This document shows, one piece after another, positions 8,699-18,077 of a stretch of 64,000 nucleotides of DNA (the first letter of the stretch is position 1; every line of letters starts with the position of its first letter). The position numbers were made by a program, and so were the translations under genes. The stretch is from an uncultured Acidobacteriota bacterium (lineage in GTDB: Bacteria; Acidobacteriota; Thermoanaerobaculia; UBA5066). The notes under the pieces were generated by a model, which saw only the letters and a list, made by a program, of their open reading frames with translations, did no database searches and had not been told where the DNA came from. Location of the stretch: contig CAVZYA010000001.1 in NCBI GenBank assembly GCA_963779415.1, positions 2,112,001-2,176,000 of the forward strand. Direction: 5' to 3'.

Positions 8699-10438
8699 TC
8701 AGCGCGCCACCTGGTACTGCGAGGAGCTCGCGATCAGGTAGAGCGCCGTCTGGGCCCGGAGGAGGGGGTTCGCCGCCGGGATCGCCGTCACCGCGCCCGT
8801 CACCGTGGCGAGCGCGTCGGCCGACATCGATCCGTGCATCAGGAGCCGGTTCAGGTATCCGACGAGAGCCATCGGGTCCGGCGCGAGCTGCCGGAGGGGC
8901 GAGAGGTCGAGGACCGTCCCGGGGCCCGGCGCCGGAGAGCGGAGCTGCGAGAAAGCCAGCGTGTTGACGAAGTTCACGCGATTGAGCGCCGCGAGCGACG
9001 ACTGGATCCCCATCTCCGGCCCCTGGATGGAGGTGCCGTTCACGACGTACTCGTGCGGGTAGTAGCTGAAGACGGTCGGCGAATAGAAGAGGTTCTGCCC
9101 CATCGCGTTCGCCTGCGCCGCGAGGATCCCGTCGCTCCTGGCGTCCAGCGCGCGGAGGAGGCTCGTGATGAAGAGAACCGGCTCGCGGAGATGCCCGTAG
9201 GCGGGCTCCGTCCGGACCGTGCCGCGCGCCTCGGGGTCGAGCAGGATGGCCCGGACGACGGCCTTCATATCGCCGCGGACCCCGGAGCCGTTGTCGTCGA
9301 AGGCCTGTGCCACGCGGGTGACGTAGGCCCCGGACGGGTTCGACGTGACGAGGTGCTGGATCAGCTGCTTGCCGATGAAGGGACCCACGTTCGGATGGCG
9401 GAAGATGTTGTCGATCGCCTCGTTCAGTTCGACCTCGCCGTCCCCGCCGGCCGGAAGCGTCGTGTTGACGGCTCCCGGATAGTCGAGGAGGACCTTGACC
9501 CCCTTGTCGTGGTTCGTGTCCTTCCCCTTCGCGTCGCGGTAGAGAACCATCGGCGCGAGAAAATTCGGCGGATTGTGCCGCGCGGACGCCGCCGGCGCGA
9601 TTGGCGCGTAGGTCCAGCCGGTGAAGACGTGGGCGAGGTCCTCGATGTTGTCCTGCGAATACGTCGGGATCGGATTTCCGAAGGCATCACTCTGCACCGA
9701 GCCGTCCGGGTTCAGGAGGTTCACGCCGAGGGAGAAGAGCTGCATCACTTCGCGGGCGTAGTTCTCGTTCGGCGAGACGTTGGAGGTCGGGACCGGTGCG
9801 TCGTTGTTCACCATGTCGAGGTAGTGCCCCATGGCCGGGTTCAGGGTCAGATCCCAGAGGAGCTTTCGGTAGTTCTCGAAGGCGTCGTCGAGGAGCATGT
9901 TCAGGTACGGCGCCATCTGGCTCGGCTGCGTGATCTTGACGCCCGAGACGACGAGGATCTCGTGGAGCGCGAGCGCGACGCGCTGTCGGAGCTGGTCGTC
10001 GTTGTCGAGCGCGTCTTGGAAGAAGCGGACCTGGAGCGGGTACATGGTGTAGTTGTCCCGGACGCAGGTGGACGGGCTTCCGGTCGGGCAGCCGGTGGAG
10101 GATCTCGCGGGCATCGTGGCGAGGGCCGGATACGAAGAGGTCTTCGCGTAGAACTGCTCGGCGAGCCAGGCGTCGAATCCGACCTCCTGGAGATGTCCGA
10201 TCAGGGACGTCGTCGGGCCGAACGTCGCCTGCTCGAGGAAGCGGACGGTGTCGGAGAAAGCCCGGGTCGTGGCCGGCTGGACTCCGGTCAGCCCGCTTCC
10301 GCCGGCTTTCGGATGCTGGGCAAGGGAGGGCACCGCGCCGACGAGAGCGGCAATCGCAATGGCCGCGAGGAGGGCGGGACCCGGACGGCGACTCCCTTTC
10401 GCGCGGGGGTCGATTCTCGGCGACGCATCTCGGTCCAT
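8699..10438 (-). CDS. DUF1800 family protein
   Basis: FLEQATFGP, DQLRQRVALALHEILVVS, PNENYAREVMQLFSLG, LVTSNPS; usual position upstream of DUF1501. Confidence 0.9.
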   Translation of the reverse strand: MDRDASPRIDPRAKGSRRPGPALLAAIAIAALVGAVPSLAQHPKAGGSGLTGVQPATTRAFSDTVRFLEQATFGPTTSLIGHLQEVGFDAWLAEQFYAKTSSYPALATMPARSSTGCPTGSPSTCVRDNYTMYPLQVRFFQDALDNDDQLRQRVALALHEILVVSGVKITQPSQMAPYLNMLLDDAFENYRKLLWDLTLNPAMGHYLDMVNNDAPVPTSNVSPNENYAREVMQLFSLGVNLLNPDGSVQSDAFGNPIPTYSQDNIEDLAHVFTGWTYAPIAPAASARHNPPNFLAPMVLYRDAKGKDTNHDKGVKVLLDYPGAVNTTLPAGGDGEVELNEAIDNIFRHPNVGPFIGKQLIQHLVTSNPSGAYVTRVAQAFDDNGSGVRGDMKAVVRAILLDPEARGTVRTEPAYGHLREPVLFITSLLRALDARSDGILAAQANAMGQNLFYSPTVFSYYPHEYVVNGTSIQGPEMGIQSSLAALNRVNFVNTLAFSQLRSPAPGPGTVLDLSPLRQLAPDPMALVGYLNRLLMHGSMSADALATVTGAVTAIPAANPLLRAQTALYLIASSSQYQVAR

Positions 10439-10471
10439 CTCCGCTCCTCCCGTTTGTTGGTACTGCGTCTC

Positions 10472-10501
10472 AAGACGCGGATCCTACGCGTCCGGTTGAC
10501 A
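10472..10501 (-). promoter_or_regulatory. ECF-type promoter (AAC-N17-CGT) upstream of DUF1800-DUF1501
   Basis: Minus strand TGTCAAC-CGGACGCGTAGGATCCG-CGTCTT. Confidence 0.65.
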
Positions 10502-10588
10502 CGGTGAGATGGAGGCGTGATGGACGTCACGGATGGCGGGGAGTTGATAATCACGCAACGTCATCTTTCCGCCGGAGGCTCTCCTTGA

Positions 10589-10810
10589 CGGTCGGCCCGG
10601 TACGTGGGGGGCGGGATCGCCGGGGTCGAGGAGCTGGATTCTCACGACCGCTGGGAGCGGATCCCGCAGTACGGCTGGGCCTGGAAGCCGCACGCCGTCG
10701 TCGCCGGCTGGGTCCCCGAAGGCCCGGCCGTCCGAACCGTCCGGTACGCGCCGGCGCGCGTCGTCTTCGTCGGCGGCGGGTACATCCGCGAGACGCACGT
10801 CCACGACGCG
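10589..10810 (+). pseudogene. internally deleted remnant of a Trp/Tyr-rich DUF6600-type gene
   Basis: Reads SARYVGGGIAGVEELDSHDRWERIPQYGWAWKPHAVVAGWVPEGPAVRTVRYAPARVVFVGGGYIRETHV; in-frame stop at 10586; no convincing start. Confidence 0.55.
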
Positions 10811-10948
10811 CACGCCCGACAAACCGGTCTCGTGACGAGCCGGATGAGGGAGACCGGGCGGTGTCCCGGGTCTCTCTCGGGCTCGCGCGAGCCGGTCTCG
10901 ACGTTGCAGATTCTCGCTATGATCGTTTTCGCGACAGGGAGGATGCCG

Positions 10949-11413
10949 ATGAAAGAATCCATCTCGTTCCGGCTCAACGGCAAGCCCGTCCAGCTCGAGA
11001 TCGACGGCGATCGAACGCTCCTCTGGGTGCTGCGGACCGACCTTGGCCTGACGGGGACGAAGTACGGCTGCGGCGAGAGCCTCTGCGGCGCCTGCACCGT
11101 GGTCGTCGGGAAGGAGGCGGTGCGGTCGTGCCAGCTTCCGATGAAGGCCGTCCGCGGCAAGGAGGTCACGACGATCGAGGGGCTGGAGAAGAACGGAAAG
11201 CTCCATCCCCTCCAGGAGGCGTTCGCCGACGTCGGGGGGCTCCAGTGCGGCTACTGCACCCCCGGGATGATCATGAATGCCTACGCCCTCCTCCTGAAGA
11301 CCCCGAGGCCGAGCCGGCGCCAGATCCTCGCCGGGATGGAGGACAACCTCTGCCGCTGCGCCGCTCATAATCGGATCGTCAAGGCCATCGAACGGGCCTC
11401 GACCGTTGCGTGA
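10949..11413 (+). CDS. (2Fe-2S)-binding small subunit, IorA/CoxS-like
   Basis: GTKYGCGESLCGACTV, QCGYCTPG, NLCRC; GGAGG RBS before ATG 10949. Confidence 0.93.
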   Translation: MKESISFRLNGKPVQLEIDGDRTLLWVLRTDLGLTGTKYGCGESLCGACTVVVGKEAVRSCQLPMKAVRGKEVTTIEGLEKNGKLHPLQEAFADVGGLQCGYCTPGMIMNAYALLLKTPRPSRRQILAGMEDNLCRCAAHNRIVKAIERASTVA

Positions 11414-11421
11414 GGCGTGTC

Positions 11422-13587
11422 ATGAGAGACGACCGCTCGCCCCTCGCCGCGCCGCCGCTTCCCTCCGCACGACGTTCCCTCGACCGCCGGAACTTCATCC
11501 GGCTTCTCGGCGGGGGGATCATCGTCCTCTTCAACGCGGACCTGTCGGACCTCCTCGGCCAGGAAGCTCGCACGCGGGGCTACCCCACCGACTTCAACGC
11601 CTATCTGAGGATCGCCGCAGACGGCCGGGTCACGGTCTACTCCGGGAAGATCGAGATGGGTCAGGGCGTCGTCACGTCTCTCGCGCAGATGGCGGCCGAC
11701 GAGCTCGACGTGTCGCTGGATTCCATCGACATGGTGATGGGAGACACGGCCCTCTGCCCCTGGGACGCTGGAACGTGGGGCTCCATGTCGACCCGCTTCT
11801 TCGGCCCGGCCCTCCGGGGGGCCGCGGCGGAGGCGAAAGCCGTCCTGCTGACGCTCGCCTCGGAGCAGCTGAAGGCGCCGCCGGACGCCCTCCGCACCGC
11901 GGACGGCGTCGTTTCCGTCGCCTCCGACCCGAAGAGCCGCGTCACGTATGGCCAGCTCGCGAAGGGGCAGAAGATCGTCCGGAAGCTGGACGGGAAGGCC
12001 GTCCTGAAGTCCGTTTCCGAGTTCCGGATCATGGGGCGCCCGGAGAAGCGCCGGGACGCGCGGGAGAAGGTGACGGGCAAGGCTCAATACGCCGGCGACA
12101 TCCGGCTTCCGGGAATGCTTTACGCGAAGATCCTCCGTCCGCCGGCCCACGGCGCCACGCTGAAGAGCGTCGACACGTCGGCCGCCGCGCGCGTGCCGGG
12201 AACCGTCGTCGTCGACGAGGACGGCATCGTCGCCGTGCTTCACGCGGATCCCGAAGCGGCGGAGAAGGCGCTCTCCCTCGTCAAGGCCGACTTCAACCTG
12301 CCGAAGGCCCCCTTCGACGACCGGACGGTCTTTGTCCATCTCCTCTCGGTGGCGGGCGAGGGCGAGGAGAGGGAGAAGAAGGGGGATCTCGGCGAAGGAG
12401 AGAAGAAATCCGTCTCGCTCTTCGAGGGAAAGTACCTGAACGGTTATGGCGCGCACGCGCCGATCGAGCCTCATACCTCCCTCGCCCGGCTCGAGAACGG
12501 GACAATGACGATCTGGGCCTCCACGCAGTCGCCCTTCGGAACCCAGCAGGCGGTGGCTCACGCCCTAGGCCTCCCGACGGAGAAGGTCCGGGTCGTCACG
12601 CCGTTCGTCGGCGGCGGCTTCGGCGGGAAGAGCGCCGGAGGGCAGTCGCTCGAGGCGGCGAAGCTCGCGAAGAAGACCGGCAGGCCGGTCCAGGTCTGCT
12701 GGAGCCGTGCCGAGGAGTTCTTCCTCGACACCTTCCGGCCCGCGGCGGTCGTCAAAATCCGGTCGGGAATCGACGGCGCGGGGCGGATCTGCCTCTGGGA
12801 CTACCAGGTCTACGCGGCAGGATCGCGAAGCGCCGAGCAGTTCTACGACGTCCCGAACAACCTGATCCGGACCTACGGGCGCTGGGGAGGCGAGACCCCG
12901 AAGATGCACCTCTTCGCCACCGGCCCGTGGCGGGCGCCGGGGGCCAACATCAACGTCTTCGCGCGGGAGTCGCAGATCGACATGATGGCGGCCAAGGCCG
13001 GGATCGATCCGCTCGAATTTCGCCTGAACAACACCTCCGACAAGAGGATGCGCCGCGTCCTCGAAGCCGCGGCCGGGAAGTTCGGCTGGAAGAAGGCCGC
13101 CGCACCCAGCAAACGCGGGGTCGGGGTGGCGTGCGGGATCGATGCCGGCACTTACGTGGCCCTGATGGCCGAGGTGAGGGTCGACGCCGCCACCGGGAAC
13201 GTCAAGGTCCTGCGAATCGTCTGTGCCCAGGAGATGGGCGTCGTGATCAACCCCGACGGCGCGAAGATGCAGATGGAAGGCTGCGTCATGATGGGCCTCG
13301 GGTACACGCTCTCGGAGGAGGTCCGCTTCGAAGGCGGCCGGATCCTCACCCGGAACTTCGACACGTACGAGCTGCCTCGCTTCTCCGGGATGCCCGAGAT
13401 CGAGACCGTCCTCGTGAAGAACGACGAGCTGACCCCTCAGGGAGGAGGCGAGCCGGCGATCGTCCCGGTGGGGGCCGTCGTGGCGAACGCCATCTTCGAC
13501 GCCACCGGCGCCCGGCTCTTCGAGATGCCGATGACGGCCGAACGCGTGAAGGAAGCTCTCGCCGCAGCCCGGAAGCAACCCACCTGA
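11422..13587 (+). CDS. xanthine-dehydrogenase-family molybdopterin-binding subunit (IorB-like, Tat signal)
   Basis: DRRNFI Tat motif, KIEMGQG, GGGFGGK, WRAPG, QGGGEP. Confidence 0.92.
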   Translation: MRDDRSPLAAPPLPSARRSLDRRNFIRLLGGGIIVLFNADLSDLLGQEARTRGYPTDFNAYLRIAADGRVTVYSGKIEMGQGVVTSLAQMAADELDVSLDSIDMVMGDTALCPWDAGTWGSMSTRFFGPALRGAAAEAKAVLLTLASEQLKAPPDALRTADGVVSVASDPKSRVTYGQLAKGQKIVRKLDGKAVLKSVSEFRIMGRPEKRRDAREKVTGKAQYAGDIRLPGMLYAKILRPPAHGATLKSVDTSAAARVPGTVVVDEDGIVAVLHADPEAAEKALSLVKADFNLPKAPFDDRTVFVHLLSVAGEGEEREKKGDLGEGEKKSVSLFEGKYLNGYGAHAPIEPHTSLARLENGTMTIWASTQSPFGTQQAVAHALGLPTEKVRVVTPFVGGGFGGKSAGGQSLEAAKLAKKTGRPVQVCWSRAEEFFLDTFRPAAVVKIRSGIDGAGRICLWDYQVYAAGSRSAEQFYDVPNNLIRTYGRWGGETPKMHLFATGPWRAPGANINVFARESQIDMMAAKAGIDPLEFRLNNTSDKRMRRVLEAAAGKFGWKKAAAPSKRGVGVACGIDAGTYVALMAEVRVDAATGNVKVLRIVCAQEMGVVINPDGAKMQMEGCVMMGLGYTLSEEVRFEGGRILTRNFDTYELPRFSGMPEIETVLVKNDELTPQGGGEPAIVPVGAVVANAIFDATGARLFEMPMTAERVKEALAAARKQPT

Positions 13588-13622
13588 CGTCGCCGCCCTC
13601 GTCGCCGTGATGTCGACCTGAC

Positions 13623-14159
13623 ATGGCCAGGAAATCGTTTCCTCTCTCCCGGGTCTACGGCCTCCTCGAGCCGGGGCCCGTCGTCCTGGTCACGACCGCT
13701 CGCGGCGAGCGCCCGAACATCATGACGATGTCGTGGCATACGATGATGGAGTTCGAGCCGCCGCTCGTCGGTTGCGTCATCAGCAATCGAAACCATTCTT
13801 TCGATCTGCTGAAGGCGACCAGAGAATGTGTCATCAACATCCCTTCCGTGGAACTCGCCGAAAAGGTCGTGGGGTGCGGCAATACGTCCGGTGCGAACGT
13901 GGACAAGTTCAGAAGGTTCCGGCTGACGCCCACGCCCGCGGCGAGGGTCGGCGCGCCTCTCATCGAAGAGTGTTTCGCGAATCTCGAATGCCGGGTGGTC
14001 GACACGAGAATGGTCGCCCGGTATTGCTTCTTCGTCCTCGAAGTCGTCAAGGCGTGGATCGACCCGGTGGTGAAGAACCCGCGGACGATTCATCATCTCG
14101 GGAAGGGCCGCTTCATGGTCGCGGGCGAAAAGATCACGCTGAAGTCGAGGATGAAGTAG
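13623..14159 (+). CDS. flavin reductase-like FMN-binding protein
   Basis: GPVVLVTT, NIMTMSW, ECVINIP, CGNTSG...DKF, PLIEECFANLEC. Confidence 0.88.
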   Translation: MARKSFPLSRVYGLLEPGPVVLVTTARGERPNIMTMSWHTMMEFEPPLVGCVISNRNHSFDLLKATRECVINIPSVELAEKVVGCGNTSGANVDKFRRFRLTPTPAARVGAPLIEECFANLECRVVDTRMVARYCFFVLEVVKAWIDPVVKNPRTIHHLGKGRFMVAGEKITLKSRMK

Positions 14160-14316
14160 CGCTTCTCGTTACGGAAGATTGCGCACCGACCAAGAGACAG
14201 AGTCTCGGGCGCCGGACGAGGTTGATCCGGGAATCCAAGGCACCTACACTGCGTACGGTGTGAGGTCGAGCCCGACGGAAGAGTCCGCGGAGGCCGGAAA
14301 GGCAGCGCTGGACGGG

Positions 14317-16413
14317 ATGGTTTCGCTGAAATCGTCCTCCCGTCCGGCGTTGGGCAAGGTCGTTCTCGTGTCGGGTCTGGGACTCTTCGTCGAACTTCTC
14401 CTGATCCGTTGGCTCGACTCGCAGGTGCGGCCGCTGGCGTTCGTCAAGAATCTACCCCTCATCGCCTCCTTTCTCGGGCTCGGCCTTGGGTACGCGTCGC
14501 CCGACCGGTTTCGCCGGCTGGTCCCGGCTTCAGGACTCCTGCTGGCGATGGTCCTCTTCGCGGGGCTCGCCTCCGACGCTCCAGGGGGAGGGACCGTCGC
14601 GTTCGGTCCGGTCGGGGCCGAGGTGAATCTCGGCGCCGCGCCGATGTCGACGCGGCTGGAGTTGATCGCGTTTGTCGGCGCTCTCGTAGGCGTGTTCGCG
14701 GCTGTCGCCCTCGCGACCTTCCCTCTTGGGCAACTGGCGGCGCGCGCCATGAAAGGTCTCGAGACGCTGCCGGCTTACACGGCGAACGTCGCCGGCTCGC
14801 TTCTCGGCGTTCTTTCTGCCTTCGTTCTCGCATCAGCGTCCATCCCGCTCTGGGTGAACGCCGCCGTCGCGTTTCTTCTCCTGACCGCCGTGCTCGAAGG
14901 CTCGCCTGCGGCCCGCGTTGGAACCCTCGCGGCCGGCCTCGTGATCTCTCTGGTGATGGCGTATCAGGACCACCCGTCCGGCCAGCGGTTTCGCCTCTGG
15001 AGCCCGTACAACCGGATCGAGGTCTCGACAGACCCTCCCCTCAGGACTCCGGACGGCACGCTCGTCTCCCCCGGCTATAGTGTCTTCGTCCAGAGCCTCT
15101 TCCACCAGCGGATGCTCGCGCTCTCGCCCGAACGCTGGCCACAACTTTCCGGCCTCCTGTCACGCGAGAGGGCGCACTATGATTTTCCGTATCGACTCCT
15201 TTCCCCGCAGCGGGTCCTCATTCTCGGCGCCGGGACCGGGAACGACATTGCCGCGGCTCTCCGTAACGGGGCCCGCGTGGTGGACGCGGTGGAAATCGAT
15301 CCCATGATCCTCGCGGTCGGCAGGAAGCTCCACCCGGATCGTCCGATGCAGGACCCCCGGGTCCGGCCGATCGTCGCCGACGCCAGAGCGGTTCTCGAGC
15401 GCCCCGGACCAGCCTACGACCTGATCGTCTTCGGCACACTCGACGCCCACCTCGGTTTCTACTCCTCCATCGCCTCGAGTATTCGGCTCGACAACTACGT
15501 CTACACGGTGGAGAGCCTCCGCCGAGCGCTTGCCCGCCTCACCCCGGGGGGCGCCGTTTATGCGAACGTCTACATCGAGTTCCCATGGGTTGCGACACGT
15601 CTTCAGCGGATGATCGAGGAGGCGGGAGGCGTGACCCCGCTCACCACCTCACCCCGAGTCGAAGGGGAGAACGCCAGCTATCTCTTCGGTCCAGTCACGA
15701 GGAGTGCCGGCGTCGCGGCGGCACGTCTCGTCGCGGGCTTCTCGGCCGAGACTCTCCAGCGGAATCCTCCGGGGCCATCTGCGCGCGATGATTGGCCATT
15801 CCTCTACCTTCGGAGCCGAAGAGTCCCGCCGGTCATTCTGCTTTCCGGTGCGCTCGTTCTCGGCGCCGGCTTTCTCCTCGTGCGGTTCGTCATTGGCGGG
15901 GTGCGGCGTCTCGACCGGCACTTCTTCTTCCTCGGTGCGGGGTTCCTGCTCGTCGAGACCCGGACGATCGCGCAGCTCGCGTTGCTCTTTGGCACGACCT
16001 GGCGGGTCAGCGCCATCGCCATCAGTGCGATTCTCGCCGCTGTGCTCCTTGCAAACGGGGTCGTACGCCAAACGGGTCCGCTTCCGCGTCCGTTTCTTTA
16101 CGTCGGTCTGGCGGTGTCCCTTCTGGTCGGAACCGTCGTGCCCGTCGGCGCGGCCCTCGGGGCGGGTTCTCTCGCTGCGTGGGGGATGACGCTCATCCTT
16201 GCGCTGCCCGTCGTCTTCTCGTCCCTGGTCTTCTCCTCTTCCATCGCGGACCAGACCGACCTGGCGCCAATTCTCGCCTCGAACCTCGCCGGAGGCGTCC
16301 TCGGCGGCCTTCTCGAGAACGTCTCCCTGGTAATCGGGATTTCGGCCCTTGGTTTCGTCGCCCTCGCCGTCTACGCCGCTTCCTATCGGCCGTGGCTCAG
16401 TTCCAGTGCTTGA
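14317..16413 (+). CDS. membrane protein with spermidine-synthase-like SAM-binding domain
   Basis: N- and C-terminal TM bundles; VLILGAGTGND, VEIDP, DAR, YDLIVF, DDWPFLY; start uncertain (frame open from 14179). Confidence 0.82.
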   Translation: MVSLKSSSRPALGKVVLVSGLGLFVELLLIRWLDSQVRPLAFVKNLPLIASFLGLGLGYASPDRFRRLVPASGLLLAMVLFAGLASDAPGGGTVAFGPVGAEVNLGAAPMSTRLELIAFVGALVGVFAAVALATFPLGQLAARAMKGLETLPAYTANVAGSLLGVLSAFVLASASIPLWVNAAVAFLLLTAVLEGSPAARVGTLAAGLVISLVMAYQDHPSGQRFRLWSPYNRIEVSTDPPLRTPDGTLVSPGYSVFVQSLFHQRMLALSPERWPQLSGLLSRERAHYDFPYRLLSPQRVLILGAGTGNDIAAALRNGARVVDAVEIDPMILAVGRKLHPDRPMQDPRVRPIVADARAVLERPGPAYDLIVFGTLDAHLGFYSSIASSIRLDNYVYTVESLRRALARLTPGGAVYANVYIEFPWVATRLQRMIEEAGGVTPLTTSPRVEGENASYLFGPVTRSAGVAAARLVAGFSAETLQRNPPGPSARDDWPFLYLRSRRVPPVILLSGALVLGAGFLLVRFVIGGVRRLDRHFFFLGAGFLLVETRTIAQLALLFGTTWRVSAIAISAILAAVLLANGVVRQTGPLPRPFLYVGLAVSLLVGTVVPVGAALGAGSLAAWGMTLILALPVVFSSLVFSSSIADQTDLAPILASNLAGGVLGGLLENVSLVIGISALGFVALAVYAASYRPWLSSSA

Positions 16414-17971
16414 AGTCGGGGGTCCAGTACTCCGCGAGCGGAAGGCGGAGGCCGCGGCAGAGGTAGATCGGGCGGTTCTCCTCGGCCATCCCCCACGGGT
16501 GGAAGTGCTCCCCGACCTTCTCGACCGAGCGGCAGTGATCTTCCACTCCCTGCCGGCTCCACTGCAGCCAGATGAGGTTCTCGGGCTCCGGCTTCGGCGG
16601 GCCCCAGAAGTAGTGGTTCTGATGGGCGCAGATGGGCGCCGGCAGGCCGAGCGCGGGCCCGAACAGGTTGAGTGCGCCGGCCTCCCCGTAGTTGCTCGCG
16701 AAGATGCCGGTCCGCGCGCGTTCTTCGGGAGGCAGCGACCAGTAGATCCGGGCCACGTCTTTGACCAGCTCCTCCCAACCGAACTGGTCCCCGAGGCGCT
16801 GATCCAGGGGGCCCTCATGCCTCACCTCGGTCTTCGGCGGCACGAGCCCGAGTCGCCTCTGGTAAGCGAGCAGCTTCTCCGGCGGCAGAATCGGCAGGAT
16901 CGCGGGGATCAGGATCCCGCCCGCCGCAAGGACGAGCGCCGCGAGGGCCATCTTCGGCCAGAGTCTGTCGCGGCTCCATTCGCGGCGTGTCAACCATCCT
17001 TCCACCGCCACGGCCCCGGAGGCGAAGAGCATCGGGTAGATGGGCGCCAGGTAGTAGTTCTTCGCTCGGAGGCCGATCATCAGCGCGAGAAGCACCAGAT
17101 ACGTCCAGCCGAGCAGGCGCAGCCGTGACCTTCGCCCGAAAAGGAAGGAAGCAAGCCCCACGAGCCAGATCGGAAAGAGGGCGGGGTGAAGAAGCAGGAC
17201 CTGCTGAGCAAGGAACTGTGACGGGCTCAGAACGACGTTCTTCCCCATTCGCCGCACGTTCTCGAGATCCTCGAGGGTTGGATAGCCGTGCCGGACCTGC
17301 CAGAGGAGGTTGGGAAGAAAGATCAGGAATGCGATTCCTCCGGCCATCCAGATCCAGGGCTTCCGCAGCTCGCGGCGCTCCGGGCTGAGCAGCAACGCCA
17401 CCACGACGGCGCCGCCGAAGAGGAGCGTGGAATGCTTGTTCTCGAGCCCGAGCCCCGCGAGGACGCCGAACCAGAGCCAGAGCCGGGAGTCGCCCGTCCG
17501 GACGATCCGGATCAGGAAGAAGACGCACCCCATCCAGAACAGAGCCTCGAAGCCGTTCATCGTGAGGATGCTGTCCATGCCGAGATAGATCGGCGCCGCG
17601 AGGACGCAGAGACCCGCGAGCGCCTGAGCGAAGCGCCCTCCTCCGAGCTCGCGCGCGAGAAGCATCGTCAGCAGGACGCGCGCGGCTCCGGCGAGCGCCG
17701 CGAGCGACCGCAGGACCGGCAGGGAGCCGCCGAGGAGGAGGGCGACCTTCGCGTAAAGAGCGATCAGGGGGGCGCAGTCGACGTAGCCCCAGTCGAGGTG
17801 GCGGCCACAGTCGAGGAAGTAGAGCTCGTCACGGAAGTAGCCGTACCGGCCGGCGGTCACGAGATGGACGAGAAGCTTCGCTCCCACGAGCAGCGCCGCG
17901 AGGCGAAGGTCGAGTGGTGCGACCTGCCACCCTTCGTCCGCGCGCGTCGCCGGCCCGGCTTCGTGCCGCAT
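16397..17971 (-). CDS. glycosyltransferase family 39 (PMT/ArnT-like)
   Basis: YGYFRDELY, LDWGYVD, GLENK, PNLLWQ, NYGEAGA; multiple TM helices. Confidence 0.88.
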   Translation of the reverse strand: MRHEAGPATRADEGWQVAPLDLRLAALLVGAKLLVHLVTAGRYGYFRDELYFLDCGRHLDWGYVDCAPLIALYAKVALLLGGSLPVLRSLAALAGAARVLLTMLLARELGGGRFAQALAGLCVLAAPIYLGMDSILTMNGFEALFWMGCVFFLIRIVRTGDSRLWLWFGVLAGLGLENKHSTLLFGGAVVVALLLSPERRELRKPWIWMAGGIAFLIFLPNLLWQVRHGYPTLEDLENVRRMGKNVVLSPSQFLAQQVLLLHPALFPIWLVGLASFLFGRRSRLRLLGWTYLVLLALMIGLRAKNYYLAPIYPMLFASGAVAVEGWLTRREWSRDRLWPKMALAALVLAAGGILIPAILPILPPEKLLAYQRRLGLVPPKTEVRHEGPLDQRLGDQFGWEELVKDVARIYWSLPPEERARTGIFASNYGEAGALNLFGPALGLPAPICAHQNHYFWGPPKPEPENLIWLQWSRQGVEDHCRSVEKVGEHFHPWGMAEENRPIYLCRGLRLPLAEYWTPDFKHWN

Positions 17972-18077
17972 GGGCGCCAAGAGTACGCCGTGCGAGGGGT
18001 CTCGCGCAGCGTCCGTTGACGGCGCTTCAGGAGCCGGCTTGCAGGAGAAGTGAAGCGGCTCGGCAGTCGACCCGCCG

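Noticed and set aside
10604-10948. N-terminal extension of the 2Fe-2S subunit as called in the ORF track
   Set aside because: RBS and family start point to 10949; the upstream frame is better explained as a relic plus spacer.
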